This document shows, one piece after another, positions 9,767-18,655 of a stretch of 64,000 nt of DNA (position 1 is its first letter; each line of letters opens with the position of its first letter). This stretch comes from Terriglobia bacterium (lineage in GTDB: Bacteria > Acidobacteriota > Polarisedimenticolia > Polarisedimenticolales > JAIQFR01). The stretch is from the NCBI GenBank assembly GCA_963748015.1, contig CAVVHE010000004.1:608001-672000 (forward strand), read 5' to 3'. The translations under genes were made by a program, and so were the position numbers. The notes under the pieces were generated by a model, which ran no database searches, had not been told where the DNA came from, and worked only from the letters and a program-made list of their open reading frames with translations.

Positions 9767-11235
9767 CGCCCGGCGAGCTTCCTCGTCCTGACGTACCCCC
9801 GGATCAAGACCCCCTGCTCGTCCGGCGCCGCCCCGGCGATCTCGAACGGCCTCTCCGGGCTGCCGTAAAACCCCTCGACGTCTCCCGTCAGGCGGTCGTC
9901 CGGCACCCGCACCGTGAACTCCAGCTCTTTTCTGCCCGCCTTGGGGTTGATGTCGCACAGGTCGTCCTTGCGCCCGAGGGTCTCGTCCTGGTCCCACACC
10001 TCCAGGCGCACGGGAATCTCCGACTCGCCGACCGCGGTGACGTGAATCGTGAGCCACGGGTCCGAGTAGCGCTTCTTGCCTCTCAGGACCCGGTCCACGT
10101 ACCGCTGCCCACCCACCGTCGTCACGGCGTAGAGGTCCGCCTTGCGCCCCCGATCGATCCTGCGGCCGAATCCCCGCTTCTCGGCGACGTACGTGATCCC
10201 GACCTCCACGACGGTCAGGTTCCCCGCGAAAGCGGCGACGGGGGGAAGTGGCGGCGGCGCTTGGGAGGAGTAGAGCTCGGCCGCCAGCCTCTCCTGGATG
10301 TGGTTCTTCTTGACCTGCCGGACGACCACCGAGGCGGGGCTCGACGTCCATTCCACCGCGACACCGGATAGGTACCTGGTGCTGCCGCTCTCGCCGCCCT
10401 TCCAGTGCCCCTCGGCCCCCTTTCCCTTCACCCACATGGAAAGATCGCGCATCGCCTTGACGTCGAGGTCGAGCCTCCGTTGATCGACGTCGTCCACCCG
10501 GTACCCCTTCACCTCCTCCCAGAATCCCGGCCGGGCCTCCTCCGTCCACTGCCGCAACGCCGCCACCACCTCGTGGGTCGCGCAGTAGGCGGACACGTAG
10601 GCCTCGGCCCACATCGGTCGCACGTGGGAGTCCTTGTTCAGGCCGGAGTCGTAATCGCCGTGCTCGGGGTGCGCGGACGGGGGCGGGGACGGGTACGGCG
10701 GATACGAGCCGGTGAACAGCTGGATCCCCTCGGGCGCTCCGTCGGCGATCCAGGTCTCCACGCGATAGGGTCCGACGGGCTCCTTTCGATGGGCGTTTAC
10801 CCAGTTCGAATGGGCGTAGAAATCCTGCACGGCGTGCGAGAGCACCCCCAGGAGGGTCAGCGTGGCCGCGGGGTCGCCGACTTCGGCCGTCTCGCGAGTC
10901 GCCTGGCGGGCGTTGTGCATGAGCCAGCCCCAGTATCGCGCGACGTCCTCCGTGGTGTAGAGGTTGTCGAAGTGCAGCTTCGACAGGCCGGTCTTCACGT
11001 TCTCTCGCGACATCGGACGCACCGAGTAGTAGTCCGTGAGCCAGTTCGAGACCTGGGCCACCTGGATCGCCGTCGCTCCGAAGCCGTGCTCCCGCAGGAC
11101 GGACTCCGTGACTTCCACGTGATGCCCGGTATCGAGCGCGAGCGCGCCGCGCCACGCTAGGACCGTCGCGGCGCCGAGCAGCAGCGTTCGGGCCAAGGCG
11201 ATCGGGCGGCGTTCGAGGCTCGTCGTGGTCTTCAT
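9763..11235 (-). CDS. Secreted Zn-dependent phospholipase C/HET-C-like protein with a C-terminal C2-like domain
   Basis: Signal peptide then LDTGHHVEVT; LHFDN; HAVQDFYAHSNW; GLNKD; C-terminal ADLYAV...RLEVWDQD...DD. Confidence 0.7.
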   Translation of the reverse strand: MKTTTSLERRPIALARTLLLGAATVLAWRGALALDTGHHVEVTESVLREHGFGATAIQVAQVSNWLTDYYSVRPMSRENVKTGLSKLHFDNLYTTEDVARYWGWLMHNARQATRETAEVGDPAATLTLLGVLSHAVQDFYAHSNWVNAHRKEPVGPYRVETWIADGAPEGIQLFTGSYPPYPSPPPSAHPEHGDYDSGLNKDSHVRPMWAEAYVSAYCATHEVVAALRQWTEEARPGFWEEVKGYRVDDVDQRRLDLDVKAMRDLSMWVKGKGAEGHWKGGESGSTRYLSGVAVEWTSSPASVVVRQVKKNHIQERLAAELYSSQAPPPLPPVAAFAGNLTVVEVGITYVAEKRGFGRRIDRGRKADLYAVTTVGGQRYVDRVLRGKKRYSDPWLTIHVTAVGESEIPVRLEVWDQDETLGRKDDLCDINPKAGRKELEFTVRVPDDRLTGDVEGFYGSPERPFEIAGAAPDEQGVLIRGYVRTRKLAGR

Positions 11236-11237
11236 GT

Positions 11238-12302
11238 TCACCTCCGCGAGAGCAGATCCTCCTCCACCGTGCGGACTACGGCCTCGAGGAGCGCCTCGCG
11301 CGGGAAATCGTTCCGATTGAAGCCGAGGACCGCCGCTTTCGGCATTTCGCTTCCGACCGGGAGAGCGATGGCCCAGTGATCCGCGCGGGCGAAGCCCAGC
11401 AGCTTGCTGCCGGGAACGATCGCGTCGGAGAAGATCACGGCCCCGTCGTTGCGCGGGTCGATCGTCGCCAGCATGTCGTAGCCGGTCCTCAAGATCCAGG
11501 AGATCCGGTCGCGCTCGCCGAAACCGGCCAGGGTGTAGTACCGCACGGTTTCGGGCAGGCGGTTCCGCGAAAGCCAGAGCAGCCGGGTTGATCGGCGCAG
11601 ATCGTCCAGCGCGGCGCGATCCCGCCGGGGACACGCGAGGGCGGCCATCTCGGCCACGGGCGAGAGCAGGGGATCCGAGTCCACCCTGTCGGCGAGGGGC
11701 GATCCGGCGACGACTCCGGCGACCGCCACGAGCGCCGTCACGCGCTCCCGCACCTCGGGATACGCGACCAGCGCCGCCAGGAGGTCCGCGACGCCCTTCG
11801 AGTAGCCCACGAGCACCAGCGGCTCTCGGGGATCGAGGTCGAGCGCTGCGATGGCATCGCGAATGCGGGCGGCGTTCTCGGCGACGCTCGAGAAGCCTCC
11901 CACTTCGATCCGCCCCGTCCGGTGCCCGAGGCTCTCGAGACGCGGAAGCGCATCCGCGAACGGCAGCACGGGGAGGCAGTCGCCGTAAATTCCAGGAACC
12001 ACCAGCACCCGCATGGGGAGGCGCGCGCGCGAGAGCTCCACGGGGCGGCCGGTCGCCTCCGGCTCGTCGGCCAGGCGCAGAAGCTCGGCCTCGCACGACC
12101 CCTCTCCCTCCTGCCCCGCTCCGCCTCTGCGGCGGACCGCGCAGTAGATCTCGCGGAATCTGCCGCGCCCGTCCTCGACGCGGGTCTGCGCGACCGGCGT
12201 CAAGGTCACCGGCGGCAGGTCGAGGGTGTAGGGAACCAGCGAGGCCGGAACGCACCCCGCCGCGACGACGGCCGCCAGAATGATTCCAACGACGCGAGTC
12301 AT
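11238..12302 (-). CDS. Alpha/beta-hydrolase lipoprotein (lipase-like)
   Basis: Lipobox AAGC; oxyanion segment VVPGIYG; nucleophile GYSKG; NDG Asp; ADHW His. Confidence 0.8.
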   Translation of the reverse strand: MTRVVGIILAAVVAAGCVPASLVPYTLDLPPVTLTPVAQTRVEDGRGRFREIYCAVRRRGGAGQEGEGSCEAELLRLADEPEATGRPVELSRARLPMRVLVVPGIYGDCLPVLPFADALPRLESLGHRTGRIEVGGFSSVAENAARIRDAIAALDLDPREPLVLVGYSKGVADLLAALVAYPEVRERVTALVAVAGVVAGSPLADRVDSDPLLSPVAEMAALACPRRDRAALDDLRRSTRLLWLSRNRLPETVRYYTLAGFGERDRISWILRTGYDMLATIDPRNDGAVIFSDAIVPGSKLLGFARADHWAIALPVGSEMPKAAVLGFNRNDFPREALLEAVVRTVEEDLLSRR

Positions 12303-12339
12303 GCGCGCTCCCCGTACGGCGCGGTCGGATTCTCCACGC

Positions 12340-13200
12340 TCAGAACGCGGCCCCGAGCACCAGGCGCACGGCGGACGCGTCGTCTCCGAACCGGTAGCCC
12401 AGCCCCAGTCGAGGGAAACTGAAGCGCCAGAACTCGACCGGCACCCGGGTACCGACCGTGAAGCCGAGCTCGTACTGATTTCCGACTTCCAGCGGCTCGT
12501 CCCTCAGGAACACCCTCGTCGGCTCGAGGTAGAGGTAGTTCATGACGTAGAGACCGCCGTCCAGCCCATGCCCCTTCACCTCGAACGCCAGCGGACGTCT
12601 CACCTCGAAGCCGGTCTCGAGCATCACGAAGTCCTCGTCGTACTCCGAATCGCTCACGTGCTCGCCGGCATAGACCAACCGGTGGCCCAGGAGGAGGTCG
12701 ACCCCTCTCGGACGGAACTTCGCCAGGCTCTTCAACCCCACCGTGTACACCGTGGCGCGCTCGCTGTCGTGGAAGTCCTGGGCCACCCCCAACTCGCCGA
12801 ACGGCTCGAGGGACCAGTTCTTCAGGACGGGGAACTCGAGGGCGACTCCGGGCACGAAGCTGGCCATTGCGACGTCGTCCGGGTTGTCGGGCGGGTCCGC
12901 GTCGGTGGGGCTCAACTCGAAGTACCCGATGCAGCCGGACAGCGTGACGCGCACCCCGGGATATCGGCCCTGCGCGGGACGGATCGGGTAATAGACCGGC
13001 ACGCGGTAGATCTGTACGGTGTGGCCGGATAACTGGTAGATGCCGGACCCGAGCTGGCTCGCGAAGGCGTAGTTCTTCCTGCCGGTATCCTCGGGATCGG
13101 AAGACTGCGCCGAGACCGGCCTCTCCGGGAGGCCGCACAGCAGTCCGATCAGGAAGAACGCGAATCGGACGACTTCGCTTCCGAGGCATTCATGACGCAT
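12340..13200 (-). CDS. Putative outer-membrane beta-barrel protein
   Basis: Signal peptide, alternating amphipathic strands and a C-terminal Phe (...LVLGAAF). Confidence 0.6.
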   Translation of the reverse strand: MRHECLGSEVVRFAFFLIGLLCGLPERPVSAQSSDPEDTGRKNYAFASQLGSGIYQLSGHTVQIYRVPVYYPIRPAQGRYPGVRVTLSGCIGYFELSPTDADPPDNPDDVAMASFVPGVALEFPVLKNWSLEPFGELGVAQDFHDSERATVYTVGLKSLAKFRPRGVDLLLGHRLVYAGEHVSDSEYDEDFVMLETGFEVRRPLAFEVKGHGLDGGLYVMNYLYLEPTRVFLRDEPLEVGNQYELGFTVGTRVPVEFWRFSFPRLGLGYRFGDDASAVRLVLGAAF

Positions 13201-13239
13201 GGAATCAGCCGGAACGGCCGAGATCGAACGGCCTTTCCT

Positions 13240-13421
13240 TTCCCCTCGCCGGTAGAGCCTGACCCACCGAGGTCCGCAATGGGGCGTCTAGTGAACCCCG
13301 CCGGGCCCCCGGAGGCCCGGACGACGCCAGGATACCCCCAGAACGGGCTCCCAGGAACACGAACCCACCGAGGGCCCAGGCCGGTTCCGTGAGAGTTGGG
13401 GGAGTGCACCCCCCTCCGCCA
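13240..13421 (+). ncRNA. Candidate structured RNA with partial resemblance to large bacterial SRP RNA (degenerate)
   Basis: Ends can pair (TCCCC/GGGGGA, GCCTG/CAGGC); contains CGCAATGG..GTCTAGTGAACCCCGCC and a 3' GTGCACCC, but lacks the canonical CAGGTCCGGAAGGAAGCAGC helix-8 motif. Confidence 0.3.
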
Positions 13422-13490
13422 CTCGACACTGCCTTTGCCGACGACGAGCGGTAGGCGATAACCCCTTGCTTGGAGCGGGGTGGGCCCAGG

Positions 13491-14921
13491 CTACCAGGTC
13501 ACGCGGACGCGGTAGGCGAGCTTGACCTCCTGGTTCTTGGGGACCTTGACCTCGAACTCGATCGTGCCGGCGTCGAGCTTCTTGTAGGTGTGGCTCGACT
13601 GGACGACCTGCCAGTCGCCGCCGACGGGCTCGCGGACGGTCACGACGGCGTCCTCGTCCTTGTGGTTCCGAATGGCGATCTCGAAGGCGGACTCGCTCTG
13701 GCGCGGGCTCAGCACCTTGTAGTCGGTCTGCGTCCGGTCGGCGACCACGTCGAAGGCCTCGCCGATCTTGAGCTTGACGGTCTCGTCCTTCGGCGTGTGG
13801 TCGATCGAGTCCTCGCCGACGAACTGCTCGGCGCCGGAGCGGTCCTTCTTGTAGACCCGGACCGTTCCCTTCGGGAGCGGGATCCCGAGCCCCCCGTCCT
13901 TGGCGTTCTTGATCTCGAGGACGACGGCGACCTTCTGGTCCTTCGAGAGGGTCCCGTAACGGCCGCGGAACCAGCCGGGCTGGCCGACGAGCAGGAGGCG
14001 CTTGGTCAGCGGCACCGAGGAGGCCTGGAGAAGGGTGATCTGCTTGGTCTGGTTGTCCTTGAGGGTCGTCGGCCGCTCGAGCGTGTAGAGGTGGTACTCG
14101 AAGAACGACTCCTCGGCGAACTGCGGCGCGCCCGCGGCCATCTTGATGTCGGCGCGCATCGCCTCGTACATCGGCTGCGGCGGGGGCGCGACCCGCCGCA
14201 CGTCCCCGGCGACGAGCTTCAGCGTGGCGTCGCGGAAGGTCGCCCCGGAGCGGTTCTCGATCGTGACCCACCCCGTCACGTCGGTCGCCCGGTCGTCGGC
14301 GTCGACCACCGCCACGTAGTCCGCCGACCAGTTCATCCCGTCGGTCAGATACGACGCCTCGACCTCGTGGGTCCCGGTCTTGTCGCCTCGAAGCGTCCAG
14401 ACGAGCGTGGGGCGGGCGACGAGGTCCGGGGGGACCGACGGGAGGGTGATCCGGCCGGTCTGGTTCAGCACGATCCGGTCGCCGATCCGGTAGACCGCTC
14501 CGCCGTTCACGGACAGCAGGATCGCCTTCGACACGCGGGTCGTCAGGTCCTGGGCCTGCTCGACGACCTCGACCTCCTTGCCGACGTACTTCTCGAGGAG
14601 CTTCTCGGGGGAGATCAGGTCGTACTCGTAGTTCTGCTCCAGGACGGCCAGGGCGCCGGGCGCCGTCAGGGACTTGAGATGGACCGTCCTCGGGTTGATC
14701 GCCGACGGGACGTCCATGAATCGCAGCGCGGCGATCCCGGCCTGTTCGACCTTGAGCGTGCGCGTCTCCCGCACCAGCGCGAGGTTCACGTTGTAGACCG
14801 TGACGGCCGCCGACGTGCGGTCGGCCGCGGTGCTGTCGGGCAGGGGAGAGGGGTCCCCCGCGGCGAGTGCCACGACGGGAGAGAGCGCGAGCAGCAGGGC
14901 CAGCCGGACTTCGGTGCGCAT
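13491..14921 (-). CDS. Secreted DUF4139/DUF4140-domain protein
   Basis: AVTVYNVNLALVRETR, YLTDGMNWSADY, LKLVAGDV, FEYHLY and GEDSIDHTPKDE motifs; signal peptide. Confidence 0.85.
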   Translation of the reverse strand: MRTEVRLALLLALSPVVALAAGDPSPLPDSTAADRTSAAVTVYNVNLALVRETRTLKVEQAGIAALRFMDVPSAINPRTVHLKSLTAPGALAVLEQNYEYDLISPEKLLEKYVGKEVEVVEQAQDLTTRVSKAILLSVNGGAVYRIGDRIVLNQTGRITLPSVPPDLVARPTLVWTLRGDKTGTHEVEASYLTDGMNWSADYVAVVDADDRATDVTGWVTIENRSGATFRDATLKLVAGDVRRVAPPPQPMYEAMRADIKMAAGAPQFAEESFFEYHLYTLERPTTLKDNQTKQITLLQASSVPLTKRLLLVGQPGWFRGRYGTLSKDQKVAVVLEIKNAKDGGLGIPLPKGTVRVYKKDRSGAEQFVGEDSIDHTPKDETVKLKIGEAFDVVADRTQTDYKVLSPRQSESAFEIAIRNHKDEDAVVTVREPVGGDWQVVQSSHTYKKLDAGTIEFEVKVPKNQEVKLAYRVRVTW

Positions 14922-14959
14922 CACGGGCCTCCTTCTCCGGCGGGAGCCGGCGCCGAGCT

Positions 14960-15715
14960 TCAGCGATCGGCGGCCGAACTGTCCTTGAGCCAATCGAGCC
15001 AAGCGGGCATCCCCTCGCCCGTCCGGGCCGAGAGGATGAAGACCGGGGCCTCGGAGTTCAATCCCGATATCAGGCGAAGCGCCTCGTCGAGGTCGAAGTC
15101 CACGTGGGGTGCCAGGTCGATCTTCGCGATGACGACCGCGGTGGCGCTCCGGAAGGCGAGAGGGTACTTGGCCGGCTTGTCGGTGCCTTCGGTGACGCTC
15201 AGCATCGCGACCCGCTCGTGCTCGCCGAGGTCGAACTCCGTCGGGCAGATGAGGTTGCCGACGTTCTCGACGAAGAGCAGCGAGCCGCGCTCGGGTCGGA
15301 GGTGCTCCAGGGCGTGCTGGACCTGGTGGGCGTCGAGATGGCAGGCCCGCCCCGTCTGGATCTGGTGGACTCGCACCCCGGTCTTCGCGATACGCCGGGC
15401 GTCGTTGTCGGTCTGCTGGTCCCCCTCGACGACCGTGCAGGAGAGGCCGCCGGCGAGGAGCGCCACCAGCGTCTTCTCGAGGAGGGTGGTCTTGCCGGAT
15501 CCCGGCGCGCTGATGAGATTGAAGCAGCGGATCCCCTGGCCGTCGAAGAAGCCGCGGTTGTACGCAGCGAATCGGTCGTTCTCCGCGAGCAGCGCCTGCT
15601 CGACGCGCAGCACGCTCGTGGCGGAGCCTTCGTGGCCATGGTCGTGGCCATGGTCGTGCCCGTGATGGTCGTGAGAAGAGGAGTCGGGGTGGCCGCAGCC
15701 ACACGTGGAGCACAT
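14960..15715 (-). CDS. hypB: Hydrogenase nickel-incorporation GTPase
   Basis: N-terminal CxxCGC and His-rich HDHG repeats; GSGKT; CHLDA; ENVGNLICP; DKPAKYP. Confidence 0.96.
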   Translation of the reverse strand: MCSTCGCGHPDSSSHDHHGHDHGHDHGHEGSATSVLRVEQALLAENDRFAAYNRGFFDGQGIRCFNLISAPGSGKTTLLEKTLVALLAGGLSCTVVEGDQQTDNDARRIAKTGVRVHQIQTGRACHLDAHQVQHALEHLRPERGSLLFVENVGNLICPTEFDLGEHERVAMLSVTEGTDKPAKYPLAFRSATAVVIAKIDLAPHVDFDLDEALRLISGLNSEAPVFILSARTGEGMPAWLDWLKDSSAADR

Positions 15716-15716
15716 G

Positions 15717-16058
15717 TCAGGTCACCTCCAGGGACTCGAGCTGCATCTCGCGGCCCCCCTCGATCCGGAGCGGCCACTCGCCGCACTCGGGACAGGGAGC
15801 CAGGAGATCGCTCACGTCCGTTCGCGTCTCGCACTTCCCGCAGGTGCCGGAGGCCGGAACGATACGGAGCCGCAGCTCGGCCCCCTCGCAGAGCGTCTCG
15901 CGCGCGGCGATCGGGAAGCAGAACGACAAAGTCTCGGGCTCGACGCCGGAGAGGCTGCCCAGCCTCACGTCCAGGCTGACGACCCGGCTGGCCCCGTTCG
16001 ATTGGGCGCTGCGCACGGCGGTCTCGACGAGGCTGGTGGCGATGGAAAGCTCGTGCAT
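15717..16058 (-). CDS. hypA: Hydrogenase maturation nickel metallochaperone
   Basis: MHELSIA N-terminus, two CxxC motifs, C-terminal GREMQLESLEV. Confidence 0.96.
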   Translation of the reverse strand: MHELSIATSLVETAVRSAQSNGASRVVSLDVRLGSLSGVEPETLSFCFPIAARETLCEGAELRLRIVPASGTCGKCETRTDVSDLLAPCPECGEWPLRIEGGREMQLESLEVT

Positions 16059-16132
16059 CGGGGAAGGAGTGTATCCGAAACGCCGGGGAGGGGACAGCAA
16101 CCGGCCGCCGTCGTGCCGCCCCGCGCGTCGCG

Positions 16133-16611
16133 CTAGGTAAGTAGGATCCCCCGGATTTCCCCGAGAATCCCTGCAAGGGCCTCGCCGTAGGCGGCATCGA
16201 GGGCGGGGGAAAGGGTCTCGCCGAACGTCGCGTCATCCGCCACCTCCACCGCGAAGACGTGGATCTCCTCGTCGGGAGGCAGTTGGACACCTAGACGGCG
16301 GCCGAGTTCCAGGGCGGTGGCGAAATTGACGTCGTGGACGTTTCTGAGGTTCAGGGTCTCCCTGAGCGCGCGGGCGTCGAAACGATACCAGTCGCCCGGC
16401 GTCCCTCCTCGGGTCCGGATCGCGTCGAGGACGATGAGCCTGTCGTGTCCCGCGATCACGTCGAGGAGGGCGAGTCCTCCTGCCGAGCACTCCTCGACGA
16501 CCGCGAGGTCGGGCGATCCGGCGGTCGCTCCGAAACGTCTCGCGCCAGCCGAACCCCGACCGAATCGTCGGTGAGGATCGGATTGCCCATCCCCAGAAGG
16601 AGCGTCCTCAT
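16133..16611 (-). pseudogene. Hydrogenase maturation endopeptidase with a 1-nt deletion near 16524 (probably an assembly error)
   Basis: MRTLLLGMGNPILTDDSVG in one frame continues as GSPDLAV...GLALLD...LDAI...NVHD in another; adding one base gives 159 aa. Confidence 0.85.
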
Positions 16612-16785
16612 CGACTCGTCTGCTGCTCCGGCACCGATCCCGATCCGCCCGCGGAGAAGACGGGATTCTAGCGCCTCGCCGCGCCAAGACCGCAAAGAAG
16701 GGGAATTGCCTATCGACGCCATATGTTGGGGACATTTACGAATCCGGGGTAGACACTCCCGGCTCTTGTATGCGAAGTCATTGTT

Positions 16786-16798
16786 TATCAATAGCTTG
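16786..16798 (+). promoter_or_regulatory. IHF-binding site
   Basis: TATCAATAGCTTG matches the WATCAANNNNTTR consensus exactly, just upstream of a -24/-12 element. Confidence 0.6.
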
Positions 16799-16812
16799 AC
16801 CCGTATCTCTCC

Positions 16813-16829
16813 CTGGTGCGCGGATTGCA
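16813..16829 (+). promoter_or_regulatory. Sigma54 (-24/-12) promoter for the pilin cassette
   Basis: CTGGTGCGCGGATTGCA has GG-N10-GC spacing with a TTGCA -12 box, about 80 nt before the first gene. Confidence 0.65.
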
Positions 16830-16906
16830 ACAGTGAAGACTGTCCGGCGACTGCCGCGGCCTCGAAGCCGAGCGCCCCGAGGCTGGCGGCACGTCAAGAG
16901 GTGCGG

Positions 16907-17847
16907 ATGCTAGGGCACGCGACAACCGTGACGGCCTGCGGCGTCCTCGCGCTTCTGTCGTTCGCGTTCCCGGTTGTTGCCGCGGAGACGCCCGACGGGC
17001 TCGTACCGGCTCGTTCTGCCGCCGATGCCGTCCGCGCGCCCCGGATACCCGACAGGGAAGCTCCCTCGATCCTGCCGTTACCCGTCGAGCCGACGCCGCT
17101 CGGGGAACCCCTCGTGCTACGGGCACGGGTGACCGACCCCAGCGGGGTGCGGGAAGTCGTTCTGCTTGCGAAGGGGGAGGGAGAGTCCGAATACGTGCCG
17201 GTTCCGATGGTGGAAGTGGAGAAGGACCTCTACGCTGCGGCGCATCCGGTTGCGCCGGAGCGACGCAGCTCGGTGCTCTGGCTGGTCGAGGCGACCGACA
17301 GTCTCGGAAACGGACCGCGGCGCGCCGGCGATCCGGCGGCACCCTTCGTCGCCTCGGCCGTTGCCGGAGGAACGCCCAGCGGACCCCTGCGGCGGGTCGC
17401 ATCGCCGCACCTGGCGGTCCTGGCCCTCGCGGCGGTGGTCGTGCCGGCCGCCGGAGTTTGGCGGTCCCGCTCCCGTCGGCGCGCGCGCGAGCGCCTGGTG
17501 CTTCCCGATGCTCCCGCCGGGGAGCGGACCCGGATCCGGCAGTCCATCCCCGCGTCGAGCAGATCGCGGAAGACCTGTTCTGGCTGCGCCTGCTCACGCC
17601 GCTCCTCGACCTTTCTCCCGACGAGTTGCAGAAGGCGCTCACCGACCTCCTTGCGCGCGATCATCCCCACCCGTCACGCGGCCGGTCGAGGTTCGAACGC
17701 CATGTCGTGCTCGCGCGCCTCAGCTGGGCCCAGCGCGTGGACCCGGCCGACGTTCTCTCGCGCTGGCGCCAGCTGCGCGGCCCCGGCCGGCCGCGAGCCG
17801 GAGGACGGGCGGGTGAGGGGTCGGCCCGAAGGGAGGCGGCACTGTGA
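16907..17847 (+). CDS. Membrane-anchored hypothetical protein (signal peptide, Ig-like domain, TM, cytoplasmic tail); 1-nt deletion in a C run near 17549
   Basis: LRARVTDPSGVREVVL...WLVEATDSLGN Ig-like pattern; frame switch SIP|RVEQIAEDLFW; repaired length 313 aa; stop overlaps the next GTG. Confidence 0.55.
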
Positions 17848-18284
17848 GCCGCTCCGCAGGCGCCACCTTCGTGGAGTTGCTCGTGGTCCTCACCCTCCTG
17901 GGGATCGTCGCGGGGGTGACGGCGACCTACCTGAAGCCGATGGAAACCTCTACGCGCGACGGCGCGGAGCAGGTCGGAGGGTTCTTCAAGGAGTCGAGAT
18001 TCAAGGCGGTGGCCACGACGTCCGCGTATCGGGTCCGGCCGGAATCGTCCTCGCGGCTGATCGCGGAGACGGCGGCCTCGTGCTCGTCCGCAACGTGGAG
18101 CGCCGATCCCGCCCTGTCGCTCGACCTCCCGCCCGCCGTGAGCCTCGCCGAGGCCGGATGGTCGGTCTGCTTCAACAGCAGGGGCATTGCGAGCCAGACG
18201 CAGACGCTCACCGTGCAGCAGGCGGGGAGGCCGTCGCGAACCGTGGAGGTCCTGCTCGGCGGCACCGCGAGGATCGTGCCTTGA
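17844..18284 (+). CDS. FimT/GspH-like minor prepilin
   Basis: G|ATFVELLVVLTLLGIVAG (E+5, atypical Ala at +1); C-terminal VCFNSRGIA...VLLGGTARI. Confidence 0.85.
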   Translation: MSRSAGATFVELLVVLTLLGIVAGVTATYLKPMETSTRDGAEQVGGFFKESRFKAVATTSAYRVRPESSSRLIAETAASCSSATWSADPALSLDLPPAVSLAEAGWSVCFNSRGIASQTQTLTVQQAGRPSRTVEVLLGGTARIVP

Positions 18285-18655
18285 GCGCGCGCGGCTTCTC
18301 CCTCGTGGAAGCGCTCGTCGCGCTGGCGATCATGGGCATCGCCATCGTCGGCGTGACCCCCCTGTTCATGACTTACCTGGACGCGAACACGCTGACCGAG
18401 GAGCGGTCGGGAGGCGTGGCGGCCGCGCAGCAGATCCTCGAGGGGCTGCGAGCCCAGAACCCCTCGTCGCTTCCCTCGTCGGGCGCGTCCGCCGCGCAAT
18501 CCGTCACGGTCGGCGCACGCGTGTACGAGGTGACCACCCGTTACTGCGTCAACGCATCGTTCTGCGACGCGGCGAGCCGGCACGTGCTCGTCGAGGTGAC
18601 GTACCGTGGAATCAGGATCTTCTCGGCCGAGACCGTATTCACACGGCTCCGCTGA
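18281..18655 (+). CDS. PilV/GspI-like minor prepilin
   Basis: TTG start overlapping the previous stop; RG|FSLVEALVALAIMGI; paired Cys. Confidence 0.85.
   Translation: MSARGFSLVEALVALAIMGIAIVGVTPLFMTYLDANTLTEERSGGVAAAQQILEGLRAQNPSSLPSSGASAAQSVTVGARVYEVTTRYCVNASFCDAASRHVLVEVTYRGIRIFSAETVFTRLR

Noticed and set aside
13395..13421. tRNA (Ser/Sec-like) 3' end CTCCGCCA
   Set aside because: No TTCGA T-loop and no matching 5' acceptor strand or anticodon arm; kept only as part of an unknown structured element
15630..15675. Short tandem repeat (GTGGCCATGGTC)n
   Set aside because: It simply encodes the His-rich HDHG nickel-binding linker of HypB
16334..18655. 773-aa ORF apparently fusing an Ig-like protein to a prepilin
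   Set aside because: Artefact of a frameshift near 17549 plus a stop-free frame; it resolves into separate genes at 16907, 17844 and 18281
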